Counted from the stretch's first letter, positions 17,681-27,609 are shown. The stretch: 64,000 nucleotides of DNA from an uncultured delta proteobacterium (GCA_963782055.1 CAWAIF010000003.1:5664001-5728000); one strand, 5' to 3'. Program-made: numbers and translations. Notes: generated from the sequence alone by a model not told the origin.

Positions 17681-18633
17681 CAGAAGCGCCCCCGCGCGAC
17701 GACGCCCGCCGGCGAGAAGGAGACGGCCACGCGCGGCGCCGGGTGCTTGATGCTGCCCACCACGAAGAGCGTCGCGCCAGCGCCGATCAGCAGGGCGCCG
17801 GCGATGAAGGTGGCGGTGCTGGCGGCGGCCCACGCCGCCCCGGACTGCGCGGCGTCGTAGCCGATGGCGTTGCACACGTTGGACGCCGAGCAGTTGTGCG
17901 ACTGGGTGTCCTTGCGGTCGACGGCCAGCACGCCCGTGAGGCTCCCGGCCCAGAGGCTTGCCACGCCGACGCCGATCGACACCACCCCGGCGACGCGAAG
18001 GACGGGGCTCGCGTGGCGCGCGGCGGGGTGAGGCTGGTTGGGCAGCACCTCCTCCAGCGCGTCGCCCGCGTCGACGTCCAGCCGCTTGGTCTCGCCCTCG
18101 GCGAAGCCCACGTGGTAGCGCGCGCCGCGGTACCCCACGGCCGTCACCAGGATCTGGTGCGCCCCCTTGGCGAGGTAGATCGGGCCCTTCTTCGGATCGA
18201 GGGTGGCGCCGTCGAGGGTGACCACCGCGCCCTCCGGCGCGGTCGACAGCAGGTGCACCTCCAGCCGCGCGGCGTGGCCGCGGATGCGCTCCAGTCGCTC
18301 GCGGGCGTGGGTGAGGCGGTCGTCGTTCGGCGCCATGCGCGAGATGGCGGTGCGGTAGTAGTCGAACGCGCGCTGCAGGTCGCCCTGGTTCTCCTCGCAG
18401 TCGCCCAGGTTGAGCAGGGTGCCCACGGCCGGGTCCAGACGGAAGCTCTCCTCGAAGTCGTGGCATGCCTCCCCGTACTTGCCCTCCTCGGCCGCCTGCC
18501 GGCCTTCCCGGAAGAGGCGATCGGCCTCCGCCGCGGCCGCGTGGTCGGCCCGCGCGAGGGCCGGCGCGGTCAGCGTCGCGGCCAGGGCGAGGAGACCGGC
18601 CGCCCACGCCCCGAGCGCGCGCGGCCTGCTCAC
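17680..18633 (-). CDS. TPR plus PEGA-like membrane protein
   Basis: ADRLFREGR...ACHDFEESFRLDPAVGTLLNLGDCEE TPR, beta domain, two hydrophobic helices joined by a Cys loop, C-terminal GRF. Confidence 0.8.
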   Translation of the reverse strand: MSRPRALGAWAAGLLALAATLTAPALARADHAAAAEADRLFREGRQAAEEGKYGEACHDFEESFRLDPAVGTLLNLGDCEENQGDLQRAFDYYRTAISRMAPNDDRLTHARERLERIRGHAARLEVHLLSTAPEGAVVTLDGATLDPKKGPIYLAKGAHQILVTAVGYRGARYHVGFAEGETKRLDVDAGDALEEVLPNQPHPAARHASPVLRVAGVVSIGVGVASLWAGSLTGVLAVDRKDTQSHNCSASNVCNAIGYDAAQSGAAWAAASTATFIAGALLIGAGATLFVVGSIKHPAPRVAVSFSPAGVVARGRF

Positions 18634-20126
18634 CTCCGCCGGTCGAGCCAACTCTTCTTCGCGGTCTTGACCGCCGGGTGGAGGTGGACGGGGACCCGCG
18701 GCGCGACGGAGGCGTCCGCCTCCACGGCCGTCGCCTCGGCGGTGGCGCTCTCGACGACGGCGGGAGGCACCTCGACGGTCTGGACGGGGGGCGGAGGGGA
18801 CGGCGTGACGTCGTCGCTGGCGGGGAGCTGCGGCGTGACGCTCGCCGGCGCGGCCGCCGCCGTCGCCGTCGCCACGGGCGGAGCATCGCGCCGACTGCGC
18901 AGGACGAGGACGGCGGCGAACACCGCCACCGCCAGCACCACGCCCGACGCGACCGCCAGGAACACGCGCGCGGTGCGGTGGTTTCCCTTCTCGGTCACCT
19001 CCACCGGCCCGAAGGTGGCCTGACGCCCCGGGCCGGACGGCGCCGTGATCTGGGTCGGCGCCTCGCGCAGCTGGTAGCTGCCCGACGGCAGCGCCGCGCC
19101 GAGCGGCCGCAGCGCCCCGGAGCCCAGCGCGGCCCCGAGCGGCCCGGACGCCGGGGCGGGCGCCATCGCCGCGATCTCCGCGGGCAGCATCGGGTCCACC
19201 GGCGTCGCGATGCGGAAGGCAGGCAACACGCCGCCCCAGGAGATCGCCATCATCGCCTCGCGCAGGGCGGCCTGCATGGCGCGGGCGTCGTGGAAGCGCC
19301 CCTCCTTGGTGAAGGAGAGCGCGGTGTCGACCACCTCGCAGAGCGGGGTCGGGACGTCCGGGGCGACGCGGGAGAGCGACACCGCCGGCAGCGTGGCCGC
19401 GGCGACGAGCTGCTCGTTGGCCGTCTCCGCCTCGTGCACGACGCGCCCGGAGAGCAGGTAAAAGAGCGTGGAGCCGAGCGCCCACACGTCGCTCGTCGCG
19501 TCCATCTCGTTGGCGCGCCCGCGCGCCTGCTCCGGCGGCATGAAGGCGGGGGTGCCCATCATGGTGCCGGTGCGCGTGCCGGTGTCACCGATGCCGGTCA
19601 CGTCACGCACGCGCGCGATGCCGAAGTCCAGGACGATGACGCGCCCGTCCTGCGTCAGGAAGACGTTGTCCGGCTTGATGTCGCGGTGGACGATGCCGTG
19701 GTCGTGCGCGGCGGCGAGCACGTCCAGCACCGCGTCGCCGATCGCGGCCACGTCCTGCGGGGGCAGGCGTCCCCCCAACCGCGCGGCGCGCGCGGCGGAG
19801 GTCTCGCCCTCCAGCAGGTCCATCACCAGGAAGGCCGAGCCGTCGTCGGCCACGTCGTCGTCGATGACCCGGGCGACCCCCGGGTGCCCGACGGCGTTGC
19901 CCACGTAGCCCTCCCGGGCGAAGCGGCGGCGCACCTCCTCGTTCATCGAGAGCTGCGTGTGCAGCATCTTGATGGCGACGCGGCTGCCGTTGTTCTTGTG
20001 CGTCGCCGCGTACACCGCCGCCATCCCTCCCAGGCCCAGGACCCTGTCGATGCGCCACTTGTCCTTGACGGTGGCGCCGACCCTGGCCTGGACCATCGCG
20101 ACGACGGATTGGTGAATGCTCGGCAT
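18630..20126 (-). CDS. Hanks-type Ser/Thr protein kinase with one TM helix
   Basis: LGLGGMAAVY, VAIK, HRDIKPDNVFL, DFG, GTPAFMPPEQ, SDVWALG; TM helix then Pro/Thr/Ala tail. Confidence 0.95.
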   Translation of the reverse strand: MPSIHQSVVAMVQARVGATVKDKWRIDRVLGLGGMAAVYAATHKNNGSRVAIKMLHTQLSMNEEVRRRFAREGYVGNAVGHPGVARVIDDDVADDGSAFLVMDLLEGETSAARAARLGGRLPPQDVAAIGDAVLDVLAAAHDHGIVHRDIKPDNVFLTQDGRVIVLDFGIARVRDVTGIGDTGTRTGTMMGTPAFMPPEQARGRANEMDATSDVWALGSTLFYLLSGRVVHEAETANEQLVAAATLPAVSLSRVAPDVPTPLCEVVDTALSFTKEGRFHDARAMQAALREAMMAISWGGVLPAFRIATPVDPMLPAEIAAMAPAPASGPLGAALGSGALRPLGAALPSGSYQLREAPTQITAPSGPGRQATFGPVEVTEKGNHRTARVFLAVASGVVLAVAVFAAVLVLRSRRDAPPVATATAAAAPASVTPQLPASDDVTPSPPPPVQTVEVPPAVVESATAEATAVEADASVAPRVPVHLHPAVKTAKKSWLDRRR

Positions 20127-20270
20127 GACCGGGTACCAGCACGCTGGCAGCCGCCGCGTGGGCAACTCCCCCCGCCAGCATAGAAACGATACCTCTCCTT
20201 GCGGCCGGAACGAACCCGAAACGACCCCCCTCGCCCCGGGCATGGCGGAAAATTCCGCGGTTTCGCGGGG

Positions 20271-21983
20271 TCAGCGTTGCCCGGGCGTCAGGCTATCTTC
20301 CTTGCTCAGCTCGGCGATGAGGACGGCCTGGCGCTCCAGCTCGGCGCGCGCGTGCTCCAGCTCCTCGCCCGACTCCGCGCGGCGTCGCTCGGCGTGCTCC
20401 TGCGCGAGCGCCTGACGCAGCACGGAGAGCTCCTCGCGGAGCGACGAGAGCTCGGCGTGCTCCGGCGGCTCATCGCCCGCGGCCTCCGCGACCGCCACCT
20501 CCGCCGGAGGGGTCACCGGCGACGGCGCCGATTGCGCCACCCGCCGGTGCGCCTCCAGCAGCGCGCGCTCCAGCTCCCCCGCACGCCACGCGCTCGCCTC
20601 CAGCTCGCTCCGCTGCCTCGCCGCGACCAGGGCGAGTGCGTCCAGCTTCTTGCGCAGCTCCTCGTTCTCCTGAAGCAGCTCGGGCGCGACGGCGGGCTCC
20701 GCGGGCGCGTGGCCGTGCGTGAGCTCCTCCAGGCGCAGCAAGAGCTCCCGGATGATCTTTTCGCGCCGCGCCGCCTCGCGCTGCAGCACGCGGACCGCCT
20801 CGCCGCGCCCGGCGAGCTTGGCCTCCAGGCGGTGCAGCTCCGCCTCGTACGCCTCGTCCGGCTCGTCCGGCTCATCCGGCGGGGGCGCCTCGCGCAGGAC
20901 GTCCAGCTCCGCGGCGAGCAGCGCCGCGCGATCGTCGCGATCCCGCAGGGCGGTCTCCAGCTCGGAGACGCGCGCGTCGCGCTCGGCCGCCCACGCCTCG
21001 AGCTGACCGAGCCGCTCGCGCAGGGTGACGATGGTCTGCTCGGCGAGCTCCACGCCCGCCTCCAGCGCGCCAATCCGCTCCCGCGCGATGGCCTCGCCCG
21101 GCTGCACCGCGGCGAGCTCCACCGCCAGCCGCTCGCGCACCTGCTGCTCGTGCGCCAGCGCGCGCTCCAGGCGCGAGGCGCGGTCGTGCTCGGCCTCCAG
21201 CGCCATCCCCGCGCGCCGCGCCTCCTCCACCACGCGCGCCTGCTCCGCTTGCCCCTCCACCATGTCGGCGAGCTGCGCGCGCAGGGTGTCCGCCCGCAGC
21301 CGCGCCTCCGCCAGCTCCACGGTGAGCGAGGTGTCCGACGCCGGGGCGGTCTGCGGCGGCGCGGGGAGCTGCACCACCGCGTACGGGTCGAGCGCCACGT
21401 CCCCCTGCGAGGCGAGCGCCACGAAGGCGTGCGGCGCCCCCGCCGGCGGGGCGAGCTGCGTGTCGACGCGCACACCCTCGACCTCCGCCACCCCAAGCTC
21501 GGCGATGGTCACGCCGGAGAAGGGCATCTCGGCGAGCATGCGCACCGACTGGAACTGCAGCGAGAGCATCTCGTACAGGTCGTAGTAGTCGAGCGACGCC
21601 TCCCCCGACTCCGCCGTCTCCCGGTTGCGCGCGGCGCAGAGCACCGCGCCCTCCGGCCCGACCACCCGGCGCAGCCGGGAGAGCAGCGCCGCCGGCTCCG
21701 GCACCGAGGCGAGATCGGGCACGATGGCGAGGTCGAAGGCGCCGTCGCGCACGTCGAAGTCGCCGTCGGGGAGCGTGCGCAGGCTGACGGTGCGGTCCTC
21801 CGGCGCCGCCTGGGCGAGCGCCCGCTCCGGCACCGGGTCGTAGACGTGCACCAGCCGCGCGCCCATCGCCACGAGCGTCTCGTGCAGCCCCACCGACGAG
21901 TCCCCCACCAGGAGGACCCGGTTCCCCTCCACGAGGGGCTCGGCGTAGACAGAGAGCGCGAAGGGCAAGGAGGGGCTCGCCAT
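20271..21983 (-). CDS. Degenerate methyltransferase-like N-domain fused to a long coiled coil
   Basis: RVLLVGD...VHVYDP...GAFDLAIV...LRRVVGPEG Rossmann-like pattern; E/A/R/L heptad-rich C-terminus. Confidence 0.7.
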   Translation of the reverse strand: MASPSLPFALSVYAEPLVEGNRVLLVGDSSVGLHETLVAMGARLVHVYDPVPERALAQAAPEDRTVSLRTLPDGDFDVRDGAFDLAIVPDLASVPEPAALLSRLRRVVGPEGAVLCAARNRETAESGEASLDYYDLYEMLSLQFQSVRMLAEMPFSGVTIAELGVAEVEGVRVDTQLAPPAGAPHAFVALASQGDVALDPYAVVQLPAPPQTAPASDTSLTVELAEARLRADTLRAQLADMVEGQAEQARVVEEARRAGMALEAEHDRASRLERALAHEQQVRERLAVELAAVQPGEAIARERIGALEAGVELAEQTIVTLRERLGQLEAWAAERDARVSELETALRDRDDRAALLAAELDVLREAPPPDEPDEPDEAYEAELHRLEAKLAGRGEAVRVLQREAARREKIIRELLLRLEELTHGHAPAEPAVAPELLQENEELRKKLDALALVAARQRSELEASAWRAGELERALLEAHRRVAQSAPSPVTPPAEVAVAEAAGDEPPEHAELSSLREELSVLRQALAQEHAERRRAESGEELEHARAELERQAVLIAELSKEDSLTPGQR

Positions 21984-22063
21984 GGGAGGCCGGAGCGTAG
22001 CGAAAACCCCTCCCGCGCGAAACGGTCCCCTGCCCGCCCGCCATCACCGGCGCCTTTTCACGC

Positions 22064-22804
22064 CTAGCCCTCCAGCTCCTCGAGCTGCGCGGCGATGGCG
22101 TCCTCGTCGCCGTCGATGGCCACGCGCAGTCCCTTCCGGAGCGCATCGGACGCGGACGTCTCGATGATGCCCGCGACGCGCGCCTTCCCTTCCGCGTCCA
22201 GCAGCGCCCTGAGCGCAACGACCGCGGCGACGCGCCGGGGCGCGGACGCCTCCGGACTCTCCAGCACCCGCCACGAGGTGTCCGGGGGTACGGCGGCGAC
22301 GCGGTAGTGAGCGTGCACCGGGCTTGCGAGCCCGGCAAGCCGGTGAACCCATCCGCGCAGGTTGGCGCCGTCCCGATCGAGAGCATGGACCGATTCGGTC
22401 GGCGCACGGCGAGCGTGTGCTTCGAGGCGGCGGAGTAGGTCACGAGATAGTGCATGGAGGCCCGGATCCCGGTCGAGGGCTTCCAAAAGCGTGATGCCGC
22501 CGGGGTTCGACGAGATGGGGATGTTCCCGCCGAAGTAGTGCTTGGAGATGTGGTCGATCACCTTGCCGATGTCGCTCGGGCCGGGCAGACCCGACCCCGG
22601 CGTGTGCGTCCCGAGGTCCCCTCCGCCCAGCCCGAAGGGTCCCCCGAAGTGCTTCGCGATCTGGCCAATCAGGTCGCCGAGTGAATCGCCCCCGGTGCCG
22701 CCGATGACCTGCCCGCTCGGGAGCACGACGCCGGTGCCTTCCTCCGGCGGCCGCCAGTCGACGCGGCGAGGACCGGTGTACTCCCGCTCCGGCACCTCGC
22801 TCAT
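22064..22804 (-). CDS. Hypothetical protein (Gly-rich duplicated N-part, helical C-domain)
   Basis: ATG 22804; GDLIGQIAKHFGG and GKVIDHISKHYFGG duplication; YRVAAVPPDT.WRVLE.P.A...R.AA.VAL C-domain. Confidence 0.55.
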   Translation of the reverse strand: MSEVPEREYTGPRRVDWRPPEEGTGVVLPSGQVIGGTGGDSLGDLIGQIAKHFGGPFGLGGGDLGTHTPGSGLPGPSDIGKVIDHISKHYFGGNIPISSNPGGITLLEALDRDPGLHALSRDLLRRLEAHARRAPTESVHALDRDGANLRGWVHRLAGLASPVHAHYRVAAVPPDTSWRVLESPEASAPRRVAAVVALRALLDAEGKARVAGIIETSASDALRKGLRVAIDGDEDAIAAQLEELEG

Positions 22805-22879
22805 CCCGTATGCGTGTTCCTGCGCAACCTCGAGGGGCGGGCCATCCGCGGGGGAGGGCCCGTTACCAGCGCCCCGAAC

Positions 22880-23062
22880 ATCCTCCCCGCCCGAGCGAGC
22901 GCGAGCGAGCGATGGGCCGGGGGAGGACGCGTGCGCGCAGGGCCCACGCGCAAGCTCGCGCGCGCGCCGGAGCCCGTGCACCCTGCACCCATCGACGGCG
23001 CGCGCGCGAGCGAGCATGGGCCCGAGCACACGCGAGGAGGGGCCCCCCCCTTTCCCCTTCTT
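22880..23062 (-). repeat. Structured intergenic repeat family 1, copy c
   Basis: GGGGAGGAC...GCGCGCA.GGC.CACGCGCA...GTGCACCC...GCGAGCATG.GCC.GAGCAC..CGCGAGGAGGGGCCC.CCCC shared with 5622-5757; follows the TAG of the GMC gene. Confidence 0.8.
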
Positions 23063-24778
23063 CTACGCGATCGCCTGCAGCGGACTCCCCGGGAACAGGA
23101 TCTCCGCCGCGACCCGGCTGGACAGCGAGCAGATGGTCATCGTCGGGTTGTAGCCGCTCGACGTCGGGAAGAGCGCCCCGTCAGAGCAGTACAGGTTCTG
23201 GATGTCGTGGAAGCGGCCGGTCGCGTCGCACACGCTGGTCTTCGGGTCGGTCCCGAAGCGCAGCGTGCCCATGACGTGCGCGCTCGCCGGTACGTCGTCG
23301 AGCGGCGGGTTGGCGGCCCAGCGCGCCCCCGCCGCGCCCATGATCTCCACCAGCTTCGGCGCGTAGAACTTGCTCGCCGAGAGCTCGAAGTCGTGGTTCT
23401 TGTACGTCACGCGCGGCGCGGGCTTGCCGAACACGTCCACCACCGCGGGGTCCAGGTCCACGCGGTTGGTGGCCTGGGGCGCGTCCTCCGCCTGCATGGT
23501 GAAGACGATGATGCGGTCGCGGAAGGGCGACTGCCGCATGAGCGACTTGAAGCGCACGCCGTCGAACTTGAGCAGCAGGCGGGAGAGGATGTCGGCGTAG
23601 TAGCCGCCCTCGTCCACCGGTCCCTCGCTCCCGCTGATCTCCACGATGCCGCCGAGGGGGTGCTGCGCGTCGTTCGGCTTGCCGCGGAAGTCGGCGAAGC
23701 CGTGGCACACGGTGCGCCCGCGGTGACCGTGGAGGCGGTCGTTGAAGATGCCGACGGCGTTGGTCTGCAGGTGGAACATCAGGTTGCGGCCGACCATGTC
23801 GCTGGAGTTGCCCAGGCCCGGGCCGCCGGGGTCGGACATGAGCAAGAGGCGCGCGTCCTCGATGGGGCTCGCCGCGAGCACGTACTGGCCGGCGGTGTAG
23901 ACGACCGTCTTGGCGTCCGGCCCCACGCACTCGACGCCGGTGATGGTGTCCTTCGGCCCGTTGGTGAGCAGCTTGACCGCGCGGGTCTCGGTCATCATCA
24001 GGCAGTTGCCGGAGAGCAGCGCCTTGCGCAGCATGGAGACCGCCGGCGCGCCCTTGGCGTTGATGGGGCAGCCGAAGTCGGCGCAGAAGCCGCAGTCGTT
24101 GCACGCCGGGCGGCCGTCGTACGGCATGGAGTTGACCGCCGTCGGGTACGGGAAGGCCGTGTAACCCAGCTTCGCCAGGCCCTTGGCGGCGATGTCGGCC
24201 ACGTACGCCTTCACGCCCGGCGGCATGGGGAACGGCCCGCTGCGCGGCGACTCGAAGGGATTGGTCCCCGCCTCGCCCTGCACGCCCAGCTCCTTCTCCG
24301 CCCAGGTGTAGAAGGGCTCCAGGTCGGCGTAGGTGATCGGCCAGTCAGCGAATGTTGTATTCTGCACGCTTCCGGCGAGGAGCGTGCCCATCATGAAGTC
24401 CTGCTCCTCGTAGCGCGGCATCTTCAGGTCGGCGTGCACCGCGCCGCCGCCCACGTGCTTGGGCAGGCCGTTGACGTCGCCGACCATCAGCCGGTCGCCG
24501 TCCTGCGTGGAGGTGCGCCAGCTCCGCGGATCCAGACGCGTGTCCGGGTCGATGAAGGATCGCCGCCGGTACTTCACCTCGTCGCCCGAGTGCCGCGGCA
24601 CCGGCTGCTGGTTGGGGTCGTCGATGTGGTCGAAGTGGTTCTCCCCCGCCTCGAGCACCAGGACCTTCTTGCCGTGCTTGGTGAGCAGGTAGGCCATGGG
24701 ACCGCCGCCGGCGCCGCTGCCGATGACGATCACGTCGAAGCTGGTGAGGGCGGAGTTGCCGAAGACGGTGGTGGTCAT
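23063..24778 (-). CDS. GMC family oxidoreductase (gluconate-2-DH flavoprotein-like)
   Basis: DVIVIGSGAGG, VGGGAVH, WPITYADLEPFY, CNDCGFC..GC cluster motif, HVMGTLRFG.DP.TSV, NPTMTI. Confidence 0.92.
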   Translation of the reverse strand: MTTTVFGNSALTSFDVIVIGSGAGGGPMAYLLTKHGKKVLVLEAGENHFDHIDDPNQQPVPRHSGDEVKYRRRSFIDPDTRLDPRSWRTSTQDGDRLMVGDVNGLPKHVGGGAVHADLKMPRYEEQDFMMGTLLAGSVQNTTFADWPITYADLEPFYTWAEKELGVQGEAGTNPFESPRSGPFPMPPGVKAYVADIAAKGLAKLGYTAFPYPTAVNSMPYDGRPACNDCGFCADFGCPINAKGAPAVSMLRKALLSGNCLMMTETRAVKLLTNGPKDTITGVECVGPDAKTVVYTAGQYVLAASPIEDARLLLMSDPGGPGLGNSSDMVGRNLMFHLQTNAVGIFNDRLHGHRGRTVCHGFADFRGKPNDAQHPLGGIVEISGSEGPVDEGGYYADILSRLLLKFDGVRFKSLMRQSPFRDRIIVFTMQAEDAPQATNRVDLDPAVVDVFGKPAPRVTYKNHDFELSASKFYAPKLVEIMGAAGARWAANPPLDDVPASAHVMGTLRFGTDPKTSVCDATGRFHDIQNLYCSDGALFPTSSGYNPTMTICSLSSRVAAEILFPGSPLQAIA

Positions 24779-25641
24779 GCGAACTTCGTCCCCCCGAGGG
24801 CCGCGACCAGGTTGTCGATGAAGGCGATGGTGTCTGCGCTCATGGGCTCGGGATCGGGGTCGGGGTTGGGCGTGGAGACCGGCGCCTCCGGCCGCTCCAC
24901 GTACTTGGCGTCCTTGGTGCTCCACACGCTGTAGCCGAGCGGCTGCTGATCGCCCTCGTAGTGGGTGAGCTTCCACCCGGTGAGGTCCTTGTTGCCGCCG
25001 TACTCCGGCGCGCCGAAGGCGCCCTCGGTCACCAGGGCGATGATCAGGTTCTTGAAGGTGATCTCCAGCGTGGCGAAGTAGTCGAGCAGGTCCTGCTGCG
25101 GGAGCGAGTCCAGCGGGCCGGGCGCGTTCTTGATCGCCTCCGCCAGGCCGGTCTTCATCCGGTCACGCAGGCCGACGACCGGGCCGAGCAGCGCCTCGTT
25201 GGGCGCGCCGCCCGGCAGCCCGGAGGAGCCGTAGAGCTCGAGCACCCACGCGGTGTGCTTGACCAGGCCGAGCGGGACGAAGGTGGCGAAGTCGTTCGGC
25301 GGGAAGTTGGTCGACGGATGGCCGGCATCGTCGGGGAAGGGCGCGCGGCCGGAGAAGGGGCCCCCGGCGAAGATGAAGGGCGTGACGGTCGTGTCGTCGA
25401 AGGCGGTGAGCAGGCGCTCGATGTACGCGACCGCGCCGAGGTCGGCGCCGCCAGGCGTGTCGTCCACGGGGATGACGGCGTTGGCCAGCGCGGTCAGGGC
25501 CCCGCGCTCCTCCGCGGTGAAGTACCCGGTGGCCGGCGGCGGCTGCACCTGGGTGCTGGAGTCGCACCCGACGGGGAAGGTCGCGGCGGCCGAAAGGGCG
25601 CCGAGGTAGCGCAGGAGTTCGCGGCGGGAGTGCGTGGCCAT
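24775..25641 (-). CDS. Gluconate 2-dehydrogenase subunit 3-like Tat lipoprotein
   Basis: SRRELL Tat motif and VGC; FTAEE...A..VIP.DDTPGG.DLG...YI; EG.FG.PEYGGNKD..GWKL..Y. Confidence 0.85.
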   Translation of the reverse strand: MATHSRRELLRYLGALSAAATFPVGCDSSTQVQPPPATGYFTAEERGALTALANAVIPVDDTPGGADLGAVAYIERLLTAFDDTTVTPFIFAGGPFSGRAPFPDDAGHPSTNFPPNDFATFVPLGLVKHTAWVLELYGSSGLPGGAPNEALLGPVVGLRDRMKTGLAEAIKNAPGPLDSLPQQDLLDYFATLEITFKNLIIALVTEGAFGAPEYGGNKDLTGWKLTHYEGDQQPLGYSVWSTKDAKYVERPEAPVSTPNPDPDPEPMSADTIAFIDNLVAALGGTKFA

Positions 25642-25695
25642 CGCTCCCCATGATAAGCGCGCCCCCCTCCGGCGCGCCCAACTTTCCGGTGGCGC

Positions 25696-27474
25696 TCAGG
25701 CGGCGATGCGCGCGCGCCGGGCGTTGGGCGGAGCGCGCCGGTCCTCGCCCGCGTAGGCGGGCGCCGGCAGGGCGAGGCGGCGGTCGTGCAGCAGCTCGGC
25801 GAGGGCGACGACCCGGGCGCACGCGCTCCGGGCCCCGGGCAGCTCGGGCTCCAGCCGGTAGACCTTCTCCTCCGGCTTGCGGCCGGGGAGAGGCCGGGCC
25901 GACGGGCCGACGTACGCCGCCATCTTGGCGGCGGCGAAGCTTCCGTCCTGCACACGGACGAGGAGCTCGAAGGCGGGGGCGTAGGTCGCTCCCTCGCGCC
26001 GCCAGCCCACGCCCACCTCGACGCCCACGACCCCCGCCATCGCCGCGCGGGGCAACGTCAGCACGCGCACCTCGTCGGCCTCGTCGGCGCCCTGCGGGAA
26101 GCGCGCCCACGGTGTGACGCGCAGGTCGTCGCGCGCGTGGAGCGCTTGGTGGACCCGCCGCAGCGGCGCCGCGGCCCGGCGCGCACGCGGCAGCACGTGG
26201 AGCGAGGTCCCGGTGAAGAAGATCGGCACCAGCACCAGCGCGTCGATGGCCACCAGGAAGGGCGCGGCCGCGGCGAGGTGACGCGACGCCACGCCCAGAG
26301 CCACCAGCGCCGCGATCACGCCGACGAGCACCAGCCGCCCGGTGCGCGTGGTCGCGTCCAGCCCGTCGCCGGGCTCCCGCGTGCGAGCGAACACCTCCTC
26401 CGGGCGCAGGGCGAGCCACTCCCCGGGCCCGCGCGCCGCCCGGGGAGGCGTCGTCGCCCGCAACGCCAGCGCCGCCAGCGCGAGCGCCACCAGCGCCGCG
26501 CCGGAGAGCAGCGACCCGCCCGTCTGCGCGTGCACGCCGAGGGCGAGGCTGACCGACGCCACCGCCACGCGCAGCGCGGCGGGCAGGCGCAGCGGGCCGC
26601 GCGCCTCCGCCCCGGCCCTCGCGCAGCGCGCGGCGAAACCCCGCTGCTTGGCGAGCGCGAGCGCCGCCAGGATCACGCCGGCGAGCGCGGCCCCGAGCCA
26701 CGGCAGCCAGGGCCTGGAGGGAGCGAGCGGCGTGACGGCCGGCGACGGTGGGCGCAGCGCGGGATCCTTCAGCGCGGGCAGCGCCTTGGGATCGATCCGC
26801 GCCACCCACGCGGCCGACTCCCCGCGCGCGACGTGCGGGCGCAGCAGCTCCAGCTCGTCGCGCTCGGTGGTGCGGCGCAGGGTCGCGAGCATCCCCACCG
26901 CCGCAGGGTCGTCGCCGTCGTCGGACGCGGCGCGCGGCTCGGTGGGGGCGGCGGGCAGGTCGAACACGACGCGCATGCCGTCGGTGCCCTCGCTCATGGG
27001 CGGCGTGGCGAAGCGGAGACGGTAGAAGGCGCCGCTTCGGGTGAGGCGGCGCCCCGCGAGGCCGAGGGCGTAGCGGAGCTCGAAGGTGTACTGCCCGCGC
27101 CGCAGGCCCTTGACGTCGTCCACGGTGGCGTGGACCACGCCCTGCTCGTCGCGCACGACGAACAACGAGAAGGTGCGACCGTCGTCGGCGGTGACGGTGC
27201 CCTGCTCCTCGAACCGCGCGTCCTCGTCGAAGCCGGAGATCTCCGCGGTGCGGAAGGTGCCGGCGAGCACCTTGTAGACGATGCGGTGGACGACGTGCGC
27301 CGCGCCGTCCGGGTCGACGGTGACGCGCACGTCCACGCCGCCCAGGTGCACCTCACGCCACCCGCTGTCGGCGGCGGCGGCGGGACGGGAGACGGCGAGC
27401 AAGGCGACCGCGGCCAGGAGGAACGCGAGGACGGCGGCGGCACGTGCGGACCGGGCGGGGCGGCCGGAGGGCAT
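25696..27474 (-). CDS. Hypothetical membrane protein (extracytoplasmic beta domain, several TMs; DUF2207-like start)
   Basis: Signal peptide, DVRVTVDPDG.A.V motif, TM segments in the C-terminal half. Confidence 0.65.
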   Translation of the reverse strand: MPSGRPARSARAAAVLAFLLAAVALLAVSRPAAAADSGWREVHLGGVDVRVTVDPDGAAHVVHRIVYKVLAGTFRTAEISGFDEDARFEEQGTVTADDGRTFSLFVVRDEQGVVHATVDDVKGLRRGQYTFELRYALGLAGRRLTRSGAFYRLRFATPPMSEGTDGMRVVFDLPAAPTEPRAASDDGDDPAAVGMLATLRRTTERDELELLRPHVARGESAAWVARIDPKALPALKDPALRPPSPAVTPLAPSRPWLPWLGAALAGVILAALALAKQRGFAARCARAGAEARGPLRLPAALRVAVASVSLALGVHAQTGGSLLSGAALVALALAALALRATTPPRAARGPGEWLALRPEEVFARTREPGDGLDATTRTGRLVLVGVIAALVALGVASRHLAAAAPFLVAIDALVLVPIFFTGTSLHVLPRARRAAAPLRRVHQALHARDDLRVTPWARFPQGADEADEVRVLTLPRAAMAGVVGVEVGVGWRREGATYAPAFELLVRVQDGSFAAAKMAAYVGPSARPLPGRKPEEKVYRLEPELPGARSACARVVALAELLHDRRLALPAPAYAGEDRRAPPNARRARIAA

Positions 27475-27609
27475 GTCCTACATCTACCCACCCGCTCCGG
27501 ATGGGCCAAGATTTGGCGGGCGCGCCCTCCTCCCCCACGCTGTGCCCTCCCTTCGGCGCCAGGCTGTCGTATTCTGCGCGGGACCTGCCTCCCGGGTTGT
27601 TTCACCTCG

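Noticed and set aside
25786..27609. N-terminal extension of the 1016-aa ORF 25786-28836
   Set aside because: Antisense shadow of gene 25696-27474; acyltransferase motifs only start after 27610
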